Below are positions 35,558 through 45,907 of a stretch of 64,000 nucleotides of DNA, piece after piece (position 1 is the first letter of the stretch; each line of letters begins with the position of its first letter). The notes beneath the pieces were generated by a model. That model was not told the origin of the DNA and did not search any database. It saw only the letters and a list, made by a program, of their open reading frames with translations. The DNA comes from Pseudomonadota bacterium (lineage in GTDB: Bacteria; Pseudomonadota; Gammaproteobacteria; JAKAQQ01): positions 20,392 through 84,391 of the forward strand of contig DAHVLZ010000037.1 in assembly GCA_027320085.1 (NCBI GenBank). The letters are read 5' to 3'. The translations under genes were made by a program, and so were the position numbers.

Positions 35558-35879
35558 AGACCCAGAGCGGGATTGACCAGAACACAAACCCATCGATCCA
35601 GTGTGCAATTAGTGGTGCCGGAGCCCCGACCTTGGCAGCGTGCACGCTGAGTTGGGCCTGCCAGAGGGTGAGAAAGCAGGCTTGGCCGAGGAGGGCCTGA
35701 AGCACAACGATGGAGAGAGAGACGAGATGGATCAGGCGCAGCCAGAAATTGCCGATGAAGGACCAGCCCCGAATCCCACCCCAGGGAATCATGATCAGTC
35801 CGACCACGTTGAAGGCGATGATCCCCAGATGGATTACGAGGACAACGATGGCGAGATCTCGGGCTGTGCCAGCGCTCAT
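35484..35879 (-). CDS. DUF2784-family membrane protein
   Basis: LRLIHL...ACFLTLWQ...FIAHW-like pattern with three TM helices. Confidence 0.7.
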   Translation of the reverse strand: MSAGTARDLAIVVLVIHLGIIAFNVVGLIMIPWGGIRGWSFIGNFWLRLIHLVSLSIVVLQALLGQACFLTLWQAQLSVHAAKVGAPAPLIAHWIDGFVFWSIPLWVFTLIYAAVWIYVVALWWIFPPRRP

Positions 35880-36739
35880 CTATTTGGCCCCCGGGTTGTA
35901 CGCTCCGGCGTGTTGCGATCCCCCCCGGTGGCCCAAGTCGTCTGCCATTCGCTGTTTCCCAGCCGGTCCCGAAAGAGGGATAGGAGTTCCGGCCGCAGAC
36001 GGTCAAGTCTCTCGGGTAGACCGTAGGGAGCGTTCACAAGAGCGAGTCCGCTACCCCAGAGTCCGCGGCTCCGGGGAATGAGCCAGTCCAGAAAGGAAAT
36101 CCGGAAAATCCGGCTGAGGCGCCGCTTGAGACCCTTCGTCCACTCCGCATCTGCCCAGGGATACCAAGCCAGAAAAACACCTTGCGGAAAACGGTCGCAG
36201 GCGTGGGGCAGGGTCTCGGCGAGCCGATCCGCCTCCGAGACCTGCTCGTAGGGTGGATCGATAAAGATGAGCCCACGTCGTTCAGGCGGAGGTGTGAGCG
36301 CGAGAAGTGCCTCAAAGCCGTCCCGGAGATGAACGCCCGGCTGTCGGCCGAGATGGCGTTTGAGTTCAGCTTGGCGCTGGGGAACAGCTTCGACGAAGGC
36401 CAGCCGGTCTTGGGGGCGGGATAGCCGACGGGCAAGCAAGGGAGATCCGGGATAGCGGGTGAGGTTGACCGCGGGGTTATCGGAAGCCACAAGTGCCCGG
36501 TATTTCGCCAGCAGGGGATCGACCGGGTTGGCTTTCCAAAGGACCTCAAAGCCACGGCGGAACTCCGGGGGCGGGTCCTCTGGAAGGCGATCCAGTTCAT
36601 AAAGCCCAGTGCCGGCATGTGTGTCGAGATAAAACCAGGGGGAGGGTTTTTCCGACAGACGTTCGAGCAGGGCGATCAGCACAATGTGCTTGTGGACGTC
36701 AGCGAAATTGCCGGCATGAAAGCGGTGGTCATAGTTCAC
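35876..36739 (-). CDS. rlmJ: 23S rRNA m6A2030 methyltransferase
   Basis: NYDHRFHAGNFADVHKH, DTHAGTG, YPGSP, IDPPYE. Confidence 0.95.
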   Translation of the reverse strand: MNYDHRFHAGNFADVHKHIVLIALLERLSEKPSPWFYLDTHAGTGLYELDRLPEDPPPEFRRGFEVLWKANPVDPLLAKYRALVASDNPAVNLTRYPGSPLLARRLSRPQDRLAFVEAVPQRQAELKRHLGRQPGVHLRDGFEALLALTPPPERRGLIFIDPPYEQVSEADRLAETLPHACDRFPQGVFLAWYPWADAEWTKGLKRRLSRIFRISFLDWLIPRSRGLWGSGLALVNAPYGLPERLDRLRPELLSLFRDRLGNSEWQTTWATGGDRNTPERTTRGPNR

Positions 36740-36815
36740 GGAAGTCTCTCCGAACATAGCATCGTATCGCGGGACTCCATCCTCCGGTAAAATTGGGCAC
36801 CCGTTGGATTTTCCC

Positions 36816-38456
36816 ATGTCATCCTGCTCACTGTTTAATAACGATCCCCATCTCCCCCCGCTCGGCCCGGAACTCGAGGTTCGTTCCGATCGCCGATTCG
36901 CCATCGGCTTGTTCGTGTTCCTGGCCCTGGTTTACGGCATCGCCATGTTCACCCATGGGCTCATCCCAGCTGAGGAGCCCCGCTTTGCCGAGGTCGTGCG
37001 CGAGATGATCGCCCGGGGCAGCTGGTGGGTCCCTTGGAAGAATGGCCTGCCCTACGTCGAGTATCCCCCCCTTTATTACTGGCTCTCCATCATCGCCCGG
37101 CTGGCTGGACTGCCGCTTCGGGCGGCCATCCGGGTGCCGGGAACGATGGCCTTTTTGCTCTGGATCTTCTGGATGGGTCGCTGGGTGAAAAGCGCCTTTC
37201 CGAACGTGAGCCCGACCCTGCCCCGTCTGGCTCTGGCTGCGCTTCCGATCGCCCTTTATAATTTTTTCACGGCCCATACCGACAGCCTCCTAGCGCTCGG
37301 TGTGCTTATGGCCTATACTGGTTACCTCCGCCATCGGCAGGGAGCGCGCACTCGTTTTCCTTGGGAACTCTGGGGTGGGCTTGCGATCGCCGTCGCGGCC
37401 AAGGGTCCAGTCGGGCTTGCCATCACACTCCCGGCCATGGGTCTCGATCTTGTGGCCTCCACGTCAGGCCTCCAAGTCTTTAGCAAAAAGGGTTGGCATG
37501 CGCTTTGGCAGGGAATCTGGTCCTTGCGGCCGGTTCGTGGACTCACTCTCTCCCTGAGCGTTCTGGCCCTCTGGGCTGTGATGGCCGGGCTTCTCGTGAA
37601 CTGGGATTTCGACCGGGCCTTTTTTATCTATCAGAACTTCACCCGTTTCCTCTCGGGGATTGATCACGAGCATGGGCCCTTTCTCTACCTGAAAAGCCTC
37701 TGGGGGGATTTTTTCCCCTGGGCTTTCCTCTTTCCGTTCGGAATCGTTCTGGCTTGGCGCCGGCGGCATGAACCCGCTTTCCGCCTCTCCTCGCTCTGGG
37801 CATTGTGGACGATTATTTTCTTTTCAGTCTCGGTCTCGAAGCAAAGCAAATACATCCTGCCGGCAGCTCCGGCCATCGTGATCCTGAGCTTGTCTGCGCT
37901 GGGCTGGGTGTTTGGGAGGCGGGCACGCTTGGTTTCCCGGATCGGGTATGGGATTTCGGTATTTCTTCTTGCCGCGGCAGGTTTTGTTGCGCTTTTCATG
38001 CTTCCCGGTTGGGTCTTTCCCGGTATCGTCCCGACACCAGGAACTATGCGGGGACTGCCGGTCTTGCGCAATTACCTGTTGCGTCACCCGGCCCCTTTTG
38101 TGAGTTATCTTTACCCGGCCCCACCCACGATCTACGCCCTCTACCCACTCCGGCAAGCCCCGATTCCATTCGTCCGCTCGGCCCGTGCCTTGTATGCTGA
38201 GGTCCGTTCCGGCCGGATCAGTGCAGGCAGTTACCTCATTGTGTATCGCAACACGCTTCCTATCCCCGGCCGGAAGCCCACGTCCGTCACCCTGTCGCCG
38301 GCACCCAGTCCCACGTATTTCACCCGTGTCCTTTCGATTCCGGCACAGGGGGGGCTCATCCTCTACCGGGTACGCTCGCAGGCTCGAACGATGCCCCGCC
38401 CCAAGACGCCGACCCCACCCCCCTGGCATTGGTGGGATCAGTTCGATACAGACTGA
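36816..38456 (+). CDS. ArnT/PMT (GT-C) family glycosyltransferase
   Basis: EEPRFAEVVREM, EYPPLYYW, KGPVG, SKQSKYILP; polytopic membrane protein. Confidence 0.85.
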   Translation: MSSCSLFNNDPHLPPLGPELEVRSDRRFAIGLFVFLALVYGIAMFTHGLIPAEEPRFAEVVREMIARGSWWVPWKNGLPYVEYPPLYYWLSIIARLAGLPLRAAIRVPGTMAFLLWIFWMGRWVKSAFPNVSPTLPRLALAALPIALYNFFTAHTDSLLALGVLMAYTGYLRHRQGARTRFPWELWGGLAIAVAAKGPVGLAITLPAMGLDLVASTSGLQVFSKKGWHALWQGIWSLRPVRGLTLSLSVLALWAVMAGLLVNWDFDRAFFIYQNFTRFLSGIDHEHGPFLYLKSLWGDFFPWAFLFPFGIVLAWRRRHEPAFRLSSLWALWTIIFFSVSVSKQSKYILPAAPAIVILSLSALGWVFGRRARLVSRIGYGISVFLLAAAGFVALFMLPGWVFPGIVPTPGTMRGLPVLRNYLLRHPAPFVSYLYPAPPTIYALYPLRQAPIPFVRSARALYAEVRSGRISAGSYLIVYRNTLPIPGRKPTSVTLSPAPSPTYFTRVLSIPAQGGLILYRVRSQARTMPRPKTPTPPPWHWWDQFDTD

Positions 38457-38537
38457 GTCCGGATCCCGCCCCCGGCCGAGCGGTTCAGGGCCGGGTACAC
38501 TTTAAGGAGGCCCCGGCCTCAGACCCTCAGACGAACG

Positions 38538-39107
38538 ATGGTTTTCAGTTACTATCACCGGCTTACGCCTCGACAGCGGAAAATCTACGACCGGAGTAAC
38601 CGGATCGAGACCCTGCCGCTGGACCCCGGAGCGATTTCCCAAGAAACCGTGACCAACCTCCGAAATGCACTGGCCAGCGAATCTCGGCCAGCGGTGGAAA
38701 TAGCAGCCCAAGCGCTTGCCCAGCTCCTGACGGATGCTTTTGGGAGTCCCCCGGTCAGAGTGCGGGTCCTCGAACGGCGTCCCTCCAACTCACATGGAGA
38801 ACTCCACGGTCTCTACGAGGCCGATCAGGTCAGGGCCCGACCACTGATTACAGTCTGGATGCGGACGGTCCAGCGGAGGCAGGTGGTCGCGTTCAAAACC
38901 TTTCTCCGTACGCTCCTTCACGAGATTGTCCACCATCTCGACTATGAGATGCTCAAGCTCGAGGATTCGCTGCATACCGAAGGCTTTTACAAAAGAGAGT
39001 CGAGCCTGCTTCACCAACTGATCGGGGCGAATGAAGCGGGAGACAGGCCAGCGAAGTCACGGCAGCGATCCCGTGAAGAAGAATCTGGGGCGAGCCCCGG
39101 TAAATGA
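38538..39107 (+). CDS. Hypothetical zincin-like metalloprotein
   Basis: [11 protein letters not shown] followed by a downstream HTEGFY. Confidence 0.7.
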   Translation: MVFSYYHRLTPRQRKIYDRSNRIETLPLDPGAISQETVTNLRNALASESRPAVEIAAQALAQLLTDAFGSPPVRVRVLERRPSNSHGELHGLYEADQVRARPLITVWMRTVQRRQVVAFKTFLRTLLHEIVHHLDYEMLKLEDSLHTEGFYKRESSLLHQLIGANEAGDRPAKSRQRSREEESGASPGK

Positions 39108-39172
39108 AAGGAAGATCCTGATTGAATCCCTGCCAGGGTCGCGGGTCCAGGGTGTCACGATCTGTGAAGGGA

Positions 39173-39249
39173 TGGCGCGCCCGACAGGATTCGAACCTGT
39201 GACCCCAGCCTTCGGAGGGCTGTACTCTATCCAACTGAGCTACGGGCGC
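39173..39249 (-). tRNA. tRNA-Arg(CCG)
   Basis: GCGCCCGTAGCTCAGTTGGATAGAGTACAGCCCTCCGAAGGCTG...GGTTCGAATCCTGTCGGGCGCGCCA. Confidence 0.97.
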
Positions 39250-39444
39250 ACCCAATCCCCATAGTTTAACGGTTTGTTCACGAGCGGGCTGGAAGGGGCC
39301 AACCTCAATGTCAAAAAGAATAGGAGCAATTGAAGCAGATGGCTTTCAAGAACGGCTTGACAGCTCGGTCGAGCTGGCGTAAAAAATAAACATACCGTCT
39401 GTTTTGGGCTAGTTTCCCAGCGTTCGCGTGGGAGGTCTACCGGC

Positions 39445-40401
39445 ATGAGCAAGCACAAAGGCATGCAACGAGGGCAAGCCGGGGTCTGGGCCGCCGTCTT
39501 CGCCACGTGTCTTATCTCGACCCCCGCCTTGGCGCAAGTTCGAGCAGGGGTCGGATCCGGGGCTGGCCAGAATCCCCACGAAAATCTCTCAGTGCGGCAT
39601 ACGGTCCCCTCTCTCATTGTCTTGAGCCCTCGGGAACTCCGGCTGCGCGGCAATATCGCGAAAGGTAATCTCCTCGAATCGATTTCGGAGTATGGAGCAC
39701 GGACCAGACAGGCAGACCCTGTGCTCCGCCAGTTGGCTGAGGCGCAGCCGCGACCCTTGGTTCTCGTCAATGGCCATCGCTGGCTCGCCGATTCCGGCAC
39801 CCCCCTGGGCTCAAGTCTCTTGATCCCGGCCTCGACCATCTCCAAGGTCGAAGTTCTTCCACCCGCAACAGATCCGCCAAGCGTCCAGGGCAACTCCTCC
39901 GGTGGCGGAGTGGTCAATGTTATCACCAGCCAGACTTGGTCCACGGCCATGGCAAGCGCCTTCCTCGGGGTCTATGAAACCCCGGGTCATTGGGGAGGTG
40001 TGACCCAGGGCTATAACGTGGGTTTTGCGGTCGGTAACAACCGGGGCAGTGTGATCGTGAGTGCGGGTTACTTAAACGGACAGCCCTATAACGCGCCGGG
40101 ATTCGGATATCCCGGCATGAACCAGTGGTACTTCTACACTCAGGGTAACTACTGGATCAACCGGCATATCGAGCTTTCAGCCTCGCTGTTCTACAGTCGT
40201 ACCACGGGTTACGGACCGTTTGGGTATCCCTACGGGTATGGATATGGATTCGGAGGATATGGATATGGGGCCTATTCACCCTGCATGGTATCTGTTTGTC
40301 CAGAATCTGTGGAGACGGCTCCCGCTCCTGCACCACAAAGTCCGGTGAACTGGAATCCGGATCTTGTTCGGGGGCGGCCTCTCATCAATATCCAACACTG
40401 A
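39445..40401 (+). CDS. Exported protein with a TonB-dependent receptor plug-like domain, a few beta-strands and a Gly/Tyr-rich tail
   Basis: Signal peptide (ALAQ); LVLVNG...IPASTISKVEVL...GGVVNVIT plug signature; only 318 aa. Confidence 0.7.
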   Translation: MSKHKGMQRGQAGVWAAVFATCLISTPALAQVRAGVGSGAGQNPHENLSVRHTVPSLIVLSPRELRLRGNIAKGNLLESISEYGARTRQADPVLRQLAEAQPRPLVLVNGHRWLADSGTPLGSSLLIPASTISKVEVLPPATDPPSVQGNSSGGGVVNVITSQTWSTAMASAFLGVYETPGHWGGVTQGYNVGFAVGNNRGSVIVSAGYLNGQPYNAPGFGYPGMNQWYFYTQGNYWINRHIELSASLFYSRTTGYGPFGYPYGYGYGFGGYGYGAYSPCMVSVCPESVETAPAPAPQSPVNWNPDLVRGRPLINIQH

Positions 40402-41069
40402 ACCGGCATGCGCCAGACGCTCCCTCGCGAAGCCGTGGGTGGGGCTTATTTGGGCCTGAGGTCTGGCCCTGTTCCTCAAGTGACGGAGAGAGAAAAGTGC
40501 CAGCCACATTGCTCTCGATCGATGAAACGCGCGATGGGTGTTCCCTGCCCACTGTTTCGCCAGCCGCTGCTCGCATGGGGACATTCCCTCGATCATCGGA
40601 CTTGCCTTCGCTGATCTATTCCTCAAACTGCTGCGCGCACGAATGACAGAGCAGAGATTCGTGCCGATGCGATTGCGCGAGTGCCGGCTGAGCAGTTATT
40701 CGGCCACGACCTCTTGGTCGCGGTCAGTTTGCTCGCCGTTTGCATTGAGGGCGGTGCGGATCGGGCCGGATCACCTTGACGTGTGTCGATTGGGTCGCAT
40801 GTACGGTCGCGACTGCAGACTCGGAAACATGGATGTGATCGGCACACAGTTCACAATCGTGGATACCTGCCGGGCAAGGATGGCGCTGGCAAGTGGCCGT
40901 GTCCGCGCAACGTCCGGATCTCATGCCCGAAAGACGTAGAGCTGAATTTGCCTCCTCGGCAGGTTGACGGTTCAGCCGCGGAGATGGAGTTGAGTTGATG
41001 GAAATGCAAATTGCTCGTAGCTATAATGAAAATTGATTCGCCGACCGAGTTCCGCACCGGTAAAGCTGA

Positions 41070-41636
41070 ATGCAGACGCCTCCGAATGAGCCGCCGGTGG
41101 AAAATACACGAGAGAAGCCGCGGCCCCGAGCCTCCATACTGTTACTGCCGCTCGTCACCTGCGCTGTGATCGCTATTCTTGCGCTGGCAGTGCCGCAAAT
41201 CATCGGAAAACCGACCTTCTGGATCTTTCTGCCGGGATTCTTTGCCGAAAGATCCTCCTGCTCTTCTCTCTGGCCCTATCCGCTTGGCTGACCAAGGGCC
41301 GTCTTGTCGCCTTCGGATTCACCAGGCGAAGAGGTTTTTACCAGAGGGCTGCTTCAGAGCTGGCTCTCTCCGCTGGCACAGTACCGCATTCGCTTGGGGA
41401 AGTGGGGGTTGAGCGCTCCCGTGCTGACGAGTGCTTGTTTCTTCGCTGCGATGCATGTCGTCTTGTGGCCAAAGCTTGGCCCGATGGCTTTCGTTGTCAT
41501 CATCCTCGCAGGCATATTGGGTTTGATCGCAGGTCATTATAGGGAGAAAACAGGGAGTCTGATTCACGCGTTTTTTGATATCGGAGGCACGCTTTCTCCT
41601 TGGATTTCAGCCGGGTTGCATCAGGGGCACATCTGA
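41070..41636 (+). pseudogene. Disrupted CAAX/Abi (CPBP) intramembrane metalloprotease
   Basis: Two fragments (41070-41291, 41304-41636). The second has EEVFTRG, FAAMH and TGSLIHAFFD, where the usual spacer before the last His appears deleted. Confidence 0.7.
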
Positions 41637-41850
41637 GGAAGGTGGGTAACCAGGACCTCTCTACGGTTCGAGGGGGGCGGAACTTCGGGATGCGCGGGGA
41701 GAGAGGTGAGCTAGGGTGAGCACCGATCACAGAGCAGGCCTATGTGGCTGCGGCGGTGGCCCATCTCTTTCTGGGTCATTACACGCAACGGAACAGGCCT
41801 AGTTGATTTGTCGGGCTCTGTCACCGACGTCCGGCAAGGTCGGAGAGAGC

Positions 41851-41939
41851 TGGCGGAGAGGGTGGGATTCGAACCCACGTGGCGTTTCCGCCCATCCGAT
41901 TTCGAGTCGGCGCCGTTATGACCGCTTCGGTACCTCTCC
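41851..41939 (-). tRNA. tRNA-Ser(CGA)
   Basis: GGAGAGGTACCGAAGCGG...CCGACTCGAAATCGG, long variable arm, GGTTCGAATCCCACCCTCTCCGCCA. Confidence 0.96.
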
Positions 41940-41984
41940 CGCCTGAAATTTTAACATGCCGCAACGTTTTCCCGGCACTGGGGT

Positions 41985-42911
41985 TCAATGGACGAGCGTG
42001 TAATTGAGGGCAATTCCGGCGAAAACCGCGGCGCCAAACCAGTTGTTGTTGAGAAAAGCAAGGAAACAGCCTTCAGGGGTCCGTTTCCAAGCGAGCATCT
42101 GCTCGTAAATTGCGAAACATCCGGCAGCCACGAGTCCTGTATCGTAGATCCAGCTCAGCTTGAGATCTCGACCGAGAAGGTACAGACCGAGCAAAAGGAG
42201 GAGCTGGAGCAGAAACACGATGAGGCGGTCGTATTCGCCAAACAGGATGGCCGTCGAACGGATCCCGATCCTGCGGTCCCAAGGGCGGTCCGCCATGGCG
42301 TAAAAGGTGTCATAGACTGTGGCCCAGAGGATGTTGGCCACGAATAGCAGTGCAACGGTGGTGTCCAGCTCTCGGCCGGTTGCCACCCAAGCCATGGGGA
42401 TCCCCCACCCGAAGGCGAGGCCGAGATAGGGCTGGGGAAGGGATATCCAGCGTTTGAGGAAGGGGTAGCTCACCATGAGTGCCACACCAATGAGCGCGAG
42501 CCAGCGATCGAGGACAGGCAGCAGGGTCAGGAGGAATACGGCTGGGATCCCGAAGAGGAGGGCAACCAGCCAGGCTTCCCAGGGATGCAGACTACCCTGG
42601 GCGAGCGGCCGGGTTTGTGTTCTCGGTACCCAACCATCGAAGTCGCGGTCGGCAAAGTCATTGATGGCGCACCCGGCACTGCGAGTCAGCCAGACTCCAG
42701 CCACGAAGATGAAAAACAGGTGAGCCGGCGGATGTCCACGGCTCGCGAGCCAGAGCGACCAGAGCGTGGGCCAGAGCAGGAGCAGGGCACCAATCGGGCG
42801 GTTCAGGCGTGTCAGGCGGGCATAAAGTCCAAGGCGACGGCCTGTAGCTACCAGGGCGGGGTGGGCCAAGATGCGTTTCCTGGTTTGCCGGAGACGACGG
42901 GCCAATCTCAT
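41985..42911 (-). CDS. ubiA: 4-hydroxybenzoate polyprenyltransferase
   Basis: RLNRPIG.LLLLWP, GCAINDFADRDFD, YDTFYAMADR. Confidence 0.95.
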   Translation of the reverse strand: MRLARRLRQTRKRILAHPALVATGRRLGLYARLTRLNRPIGALLLLWPTLWSLWLASRGHPPAHLFFIFVAGVWLTRSAGCAINDFADRDFDGWVPRTQTRPLAQGSLHPWEAWLVALLFGIPAVFLLTLLPVLDRWLALIGVALMVSYPFLKRWISLPQPYLGLAFGWGIPMAWVATGRELDTTVALLFVANILWATVYDTFYAMADRPWDRRIGIRSTAILFGEYDRLIVFLLQLLLLLGLYLLGRDLKLSWIYDTGLVAAGCFAIYEQMLAWKRTPEGCFLAFLNNNWFGAAVFAGIALNYTLVH

Positions 42912-43093
42912 CGGGCGTCTTCCGTCCGGTTGTGTATGGTCGGACAATATCCATCCCGGCACTGATAAGCGCCTTCGCATTTTTGTCGATTGCGAGACCT
43001 GAGGTCTTCAGGATTCACCGGATCTCCCCCTCTCCCGTCAGGATTATACGGGAGCAGGATCGCCTGGTCGCTACTTCTTCCCGGTTCCCCAGA

Positions 43094-44287
43094 TTAATCC
43101 TTGATGACGTTTTCCGGTCTTAACCAGTAATGAGAGTGGGGCAATGCAATGGCCTCTTTCGCATCAGGACTGTCGATGTGGACGATGGCAGGCCGAACCT
43201 CTCCCCGGAGCACCCTGAGATCGAACAGTTCGGTGCAACCGGAAGTGATTTCCAGGAAACCGGAGGTATGGCCGGTACGGAGATCCACCAGTGCAATTCC
43301 GCACAGGAGGCGCTTTCCTGTCTCGGCAACCGGGACACCTCCGAAAAGGGCCGTCTCCCGCGCCTGGCACAGGCCGACCAGCGCATGGGGACCGTGAAAG
43401 GTGAGCCCCCGGAGGTATCCCGTCAAGCGGCAGATGACCTCCCGGGATCCATCCCGTGGATCGATCCTCAGGAGTTCGCCTAAGCCGGAGTTCAGTACAT
43501 AGAGCGCACCCTCATGCCAGCGTGGAGAGTGCGGCATGGACAAATCACGGGCTACGACTTCGCGTGACTCGACCTCGATGACGACCCCCCCTTTTGCCTT
43601 GTGATCACGCCATCCTCCCACGATGTTCGTTTCGGCGAGCGCAGTGACGAAGGCCGGCTTGCCATCCCGCATGGCTAACCCATTCAGGTGACAGCGGTCT
43701 TCGGGGACGAGATCTGTGATGAAAGGGGGGGACCAGATTGGTTCGAAGGTCATCCGGTCGCTTGGATGGGAAAGGCAGTTAAAACGAGTGTTGACCATCC
43801 AGACTGAGTCGGAGACGAGGCCCACATCATGCACGTGGAGGTCTGGGTAATGGTAGCTCGTCCGGGGGAGGTAAAGGGCGTCATACTGTCCGTTTTCGCG
43901 GAACCGGCGGGCCAATACCGAGGAGTTGGCATGGATCATGAGTGCATGGCGGGTCGCCACCACGAGACGACTCCCATCCCAGTCAAGCCCCATCACCTTT
44001 TCGAAGCGACGCAGGAAGACCGAAATTTGCGTTCCGTTCCAAGAGAAAAAAGCCAAAACCCCCGCCTGATAGGTGCTGACCGCGACCGTGCTCCGGGACT
44101 GAAGGAGCCAACGAGAGAAGCCACCATCGGCCCGGGCCTCAAAGGGAATTGTGCCGGACGGGAGTTCTGGATTGGCAGTAGCGCCTGTGTACAATCGGGG
44201 GTCGTCCTCGGTTCTTACAGGAATGGTAGCAATAAATCGCCATCTCCATCTCGTGATTGGAAGCCGTAAGGGACATTCGTCCAGCAC
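43094..44287 (-). CDS. TIGR03032/DUF4915-family protein (start uncertain, probably downstream of 44287)
   Basis: STYQAG, VNTRFNCL, PEDRCHLNGLA, LSMPHSPRW, GYLRGL. Confidence 0.85.
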   Translation of the reverse strand: MLDECPLRLPITRWRWRFIATIPVRTEDDPRLYTGATANPELPSGTIPFEARADGGFSRWLLQSRSTVAVSTYQAGVLAFFSWNGTQISVFLRRFEKVMGLDWDGSRLVVATRHALMIHANSSVLARRFRENGQYDALYLPRTSYHYPDLHVHDVGLVSDSVWMVNTRFNCLSHPSDRMTFEPIWSPPFITDLVPEDRCHLNGLAMRDGKPAFVTALAETNIVGGWRDHKAKGGVVIEVESREVVARDLSMPHSPRWHEGALYVLNSGLGELLRIDPRDGSREVICRLTGYLRGLTFHGPHALVGLCQARETALFGGVPVAETGKRLLCGIALVDLRTGHTSGFLEITSGCTELFDLRVLRGEVRPAIVHIDSPDAKEAIALPHSHYWLRPENVIKD

Positions 44288-44408
44288 ACAGAAATCACAA
44301 CTTCCCCATCGAGTCGGATGGCTTACGCAGCGATACCCAGCCGTTCCAAAGCATGGCCCTCAGACCGAAGACCCGCATGTTTTCGGGGGAAATCGTGCAC
44401 TTTTAGCT

Positions 44409-45854
44409 TTAGAAAGCCAGCCACATAAGGAAGGATAGGAAATTGTTGCTGCTCGCATTCCGGCCTTGGCCGTTGTAGTTCGAGCTTGCTCCGAGATAGC
44501 TGTTGAAGCCGGTGTATTGCAGCGAAAGTTCCACATTCTGGGCCTCGAGGTAGTCCAGTTCGAGGATGAACCCGTTAGTGTCTGGGCTACCGCTGGCGCT
44601 CACGAGACCCGCAGGATTGCCGGTTGCGGGTCCATAAAGCGCAGGATCCGCGTTGCCCCAGACCCAGAAATAACCCACCCCTGCACCATAGCGGTGTTTG
44701 AGCAGGTACTGGCCGTTGACATTGACCGTATCGAGGGTATCTTCCGCATGGGGCTTGAAGCCAATCGACGGGACCGGTTCCCAGTACTGGTTTTCCCCGA
44801 TCCAGCTCACGTGCGCCGTCCAGATCTGGTCGCCGCTGAGCCCCAGGTATTGGACTTGGCTGTCGAGCCCGTAATCGAGCAGACGGTCGCTCGCACCGGA
44901 GGCGACGGTCGTCGGGTACACATTGGTATCCATTCCGAGTGCGCCCACCTCCCAGTTCCACGCTGCATAGTTCTGTTCGAAGGCAATCCGGAGATAGGGG
45001 GCAATATTCCGGATCGGGCCAAAGGTATAGGGACCGTAGGCTTGGTTCGTGCCGGCGCCGATGCCGACACTGGATCGGTAGAGATCTGCCTCAAGATAAA
45101 GCCAGTGATCCTGTCCCCGGCCGAAAAGATAGGCCAGATACCCGCCGAGCCCGGCGACCGGTTCGCTGGCACCGCTGGCTTGGACGACGTACGGTGCCGG
45201 GATATCCCGGAGCGGCGAGTAGTTGGAGGTGTAAAACGGCCAGTTCCAATCGGGCACCGAATTCCAAGGGTCCGGTTCGGTCGGCGTGTTGTTGATGTCA
45301 ATGCCGTAGATGAGGGTGCTGCCGTTCGGCTCGTTCTGGTGTTCAGCCCACCGGATATCGGAGTCATCCTGCCCAAAACCGCCGGTATGCGTATAGGTGA
45401 GGTGGAAGAACGCGCCGATGTGGCTCGCGATCCGCCCGGCATAGAAGAGGCTCACCTGCTCGGGAAACTCGACAGAACCTTGACCTGTGGTCCCGCCTGA
45501 TCCGAACTGGTTGGCATTCCCCCCCTGGATGAACGAATCCGACGCTTGGATCATGATTGACAGTGGAGGATCACGGTCCAGTGCCAAGGGCGCCATCCGC
45601 CGGAGCTTCTGACGGAGCTGTTGCATGCCTGCCAGATTGGCCGTGGTATAGCCCCCCAGCTTGAAGAGCCGGCCGATCGGGGTGAGTTGTGGGAACATCG
45701 TGTGGCAAACCGAGCAGGACCAGCCCGTCTGTCGGGCAAAACTCGGAATCGCATGAGCAGAATAGGGAAACGCGAGTGTCGCGACAGCCAGAAACGCAGC
45801 CAGGACGAAACTGCGCCCGGGATGATGTCTGGGGGGGGTCGCTCGCGTGTTCAT
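44409..45854 (-). CDS. cyc2: Cyc2 outer-membrane monoheme cytochrome c-porin fusion (iron oxidase candidate)
   Basis: AHA|IPSFARQTGWSCSVCHTMFPQLTPIGRLFKL, FPEQVSLFYAG, NNTPT..DPWN, SGSPDTN, terminal WLAF; recalled similarity to Acidithiobacillus Cyc2. Confidence 0.92.
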   Translation of the reverse strand: MNTRATPPRHHPGRSFVLAAFLAVATLAFPYSAHAIPSFARQTGWSCSVCHTMFPQLTPIGRLFKLGGYTTANLAGMQQLRQKLRRMAPLALDRDPPLSIMIQASDSFIQGGNANQFGSGGTTGQGSVEFPEQVSLFYAGRIASHIGAFFHLTYTHTGGFGQDDSDIRWAEHQNEPNGSTLIYGIDINNTPTEPDPWNSVPDWNWPFYTSNYSPLRDIPAPYVVQASGASEPVAGLGGYLAYLFGRGQDHWLYLEADLYRSSVGIGAGTNQAYGPYTFGPIRNIAPYLRIAFEQNYAAWNWEVGALGMDTNVYPTTVASGASDRLLDYGLDSQVQYLGLSGDQIWTAHVSWIGENQYWEPVPSIGFKPHAEDTLDTVNVNGQYLLKHRYGAGVGYFWVWGNADPALYGPATGNPAGLVSASGSPDTNGFILELDYLEAQNVELSLQYTGFNSYLGASSNYNGQGRNASSNNFLSFLMWLAF

Positions 45855-45907
45855 GAGACTCTCTCAGATAGTGGGACAAGGGGTCCGGACAGGTCCGGGG
45901 ATTTCAC

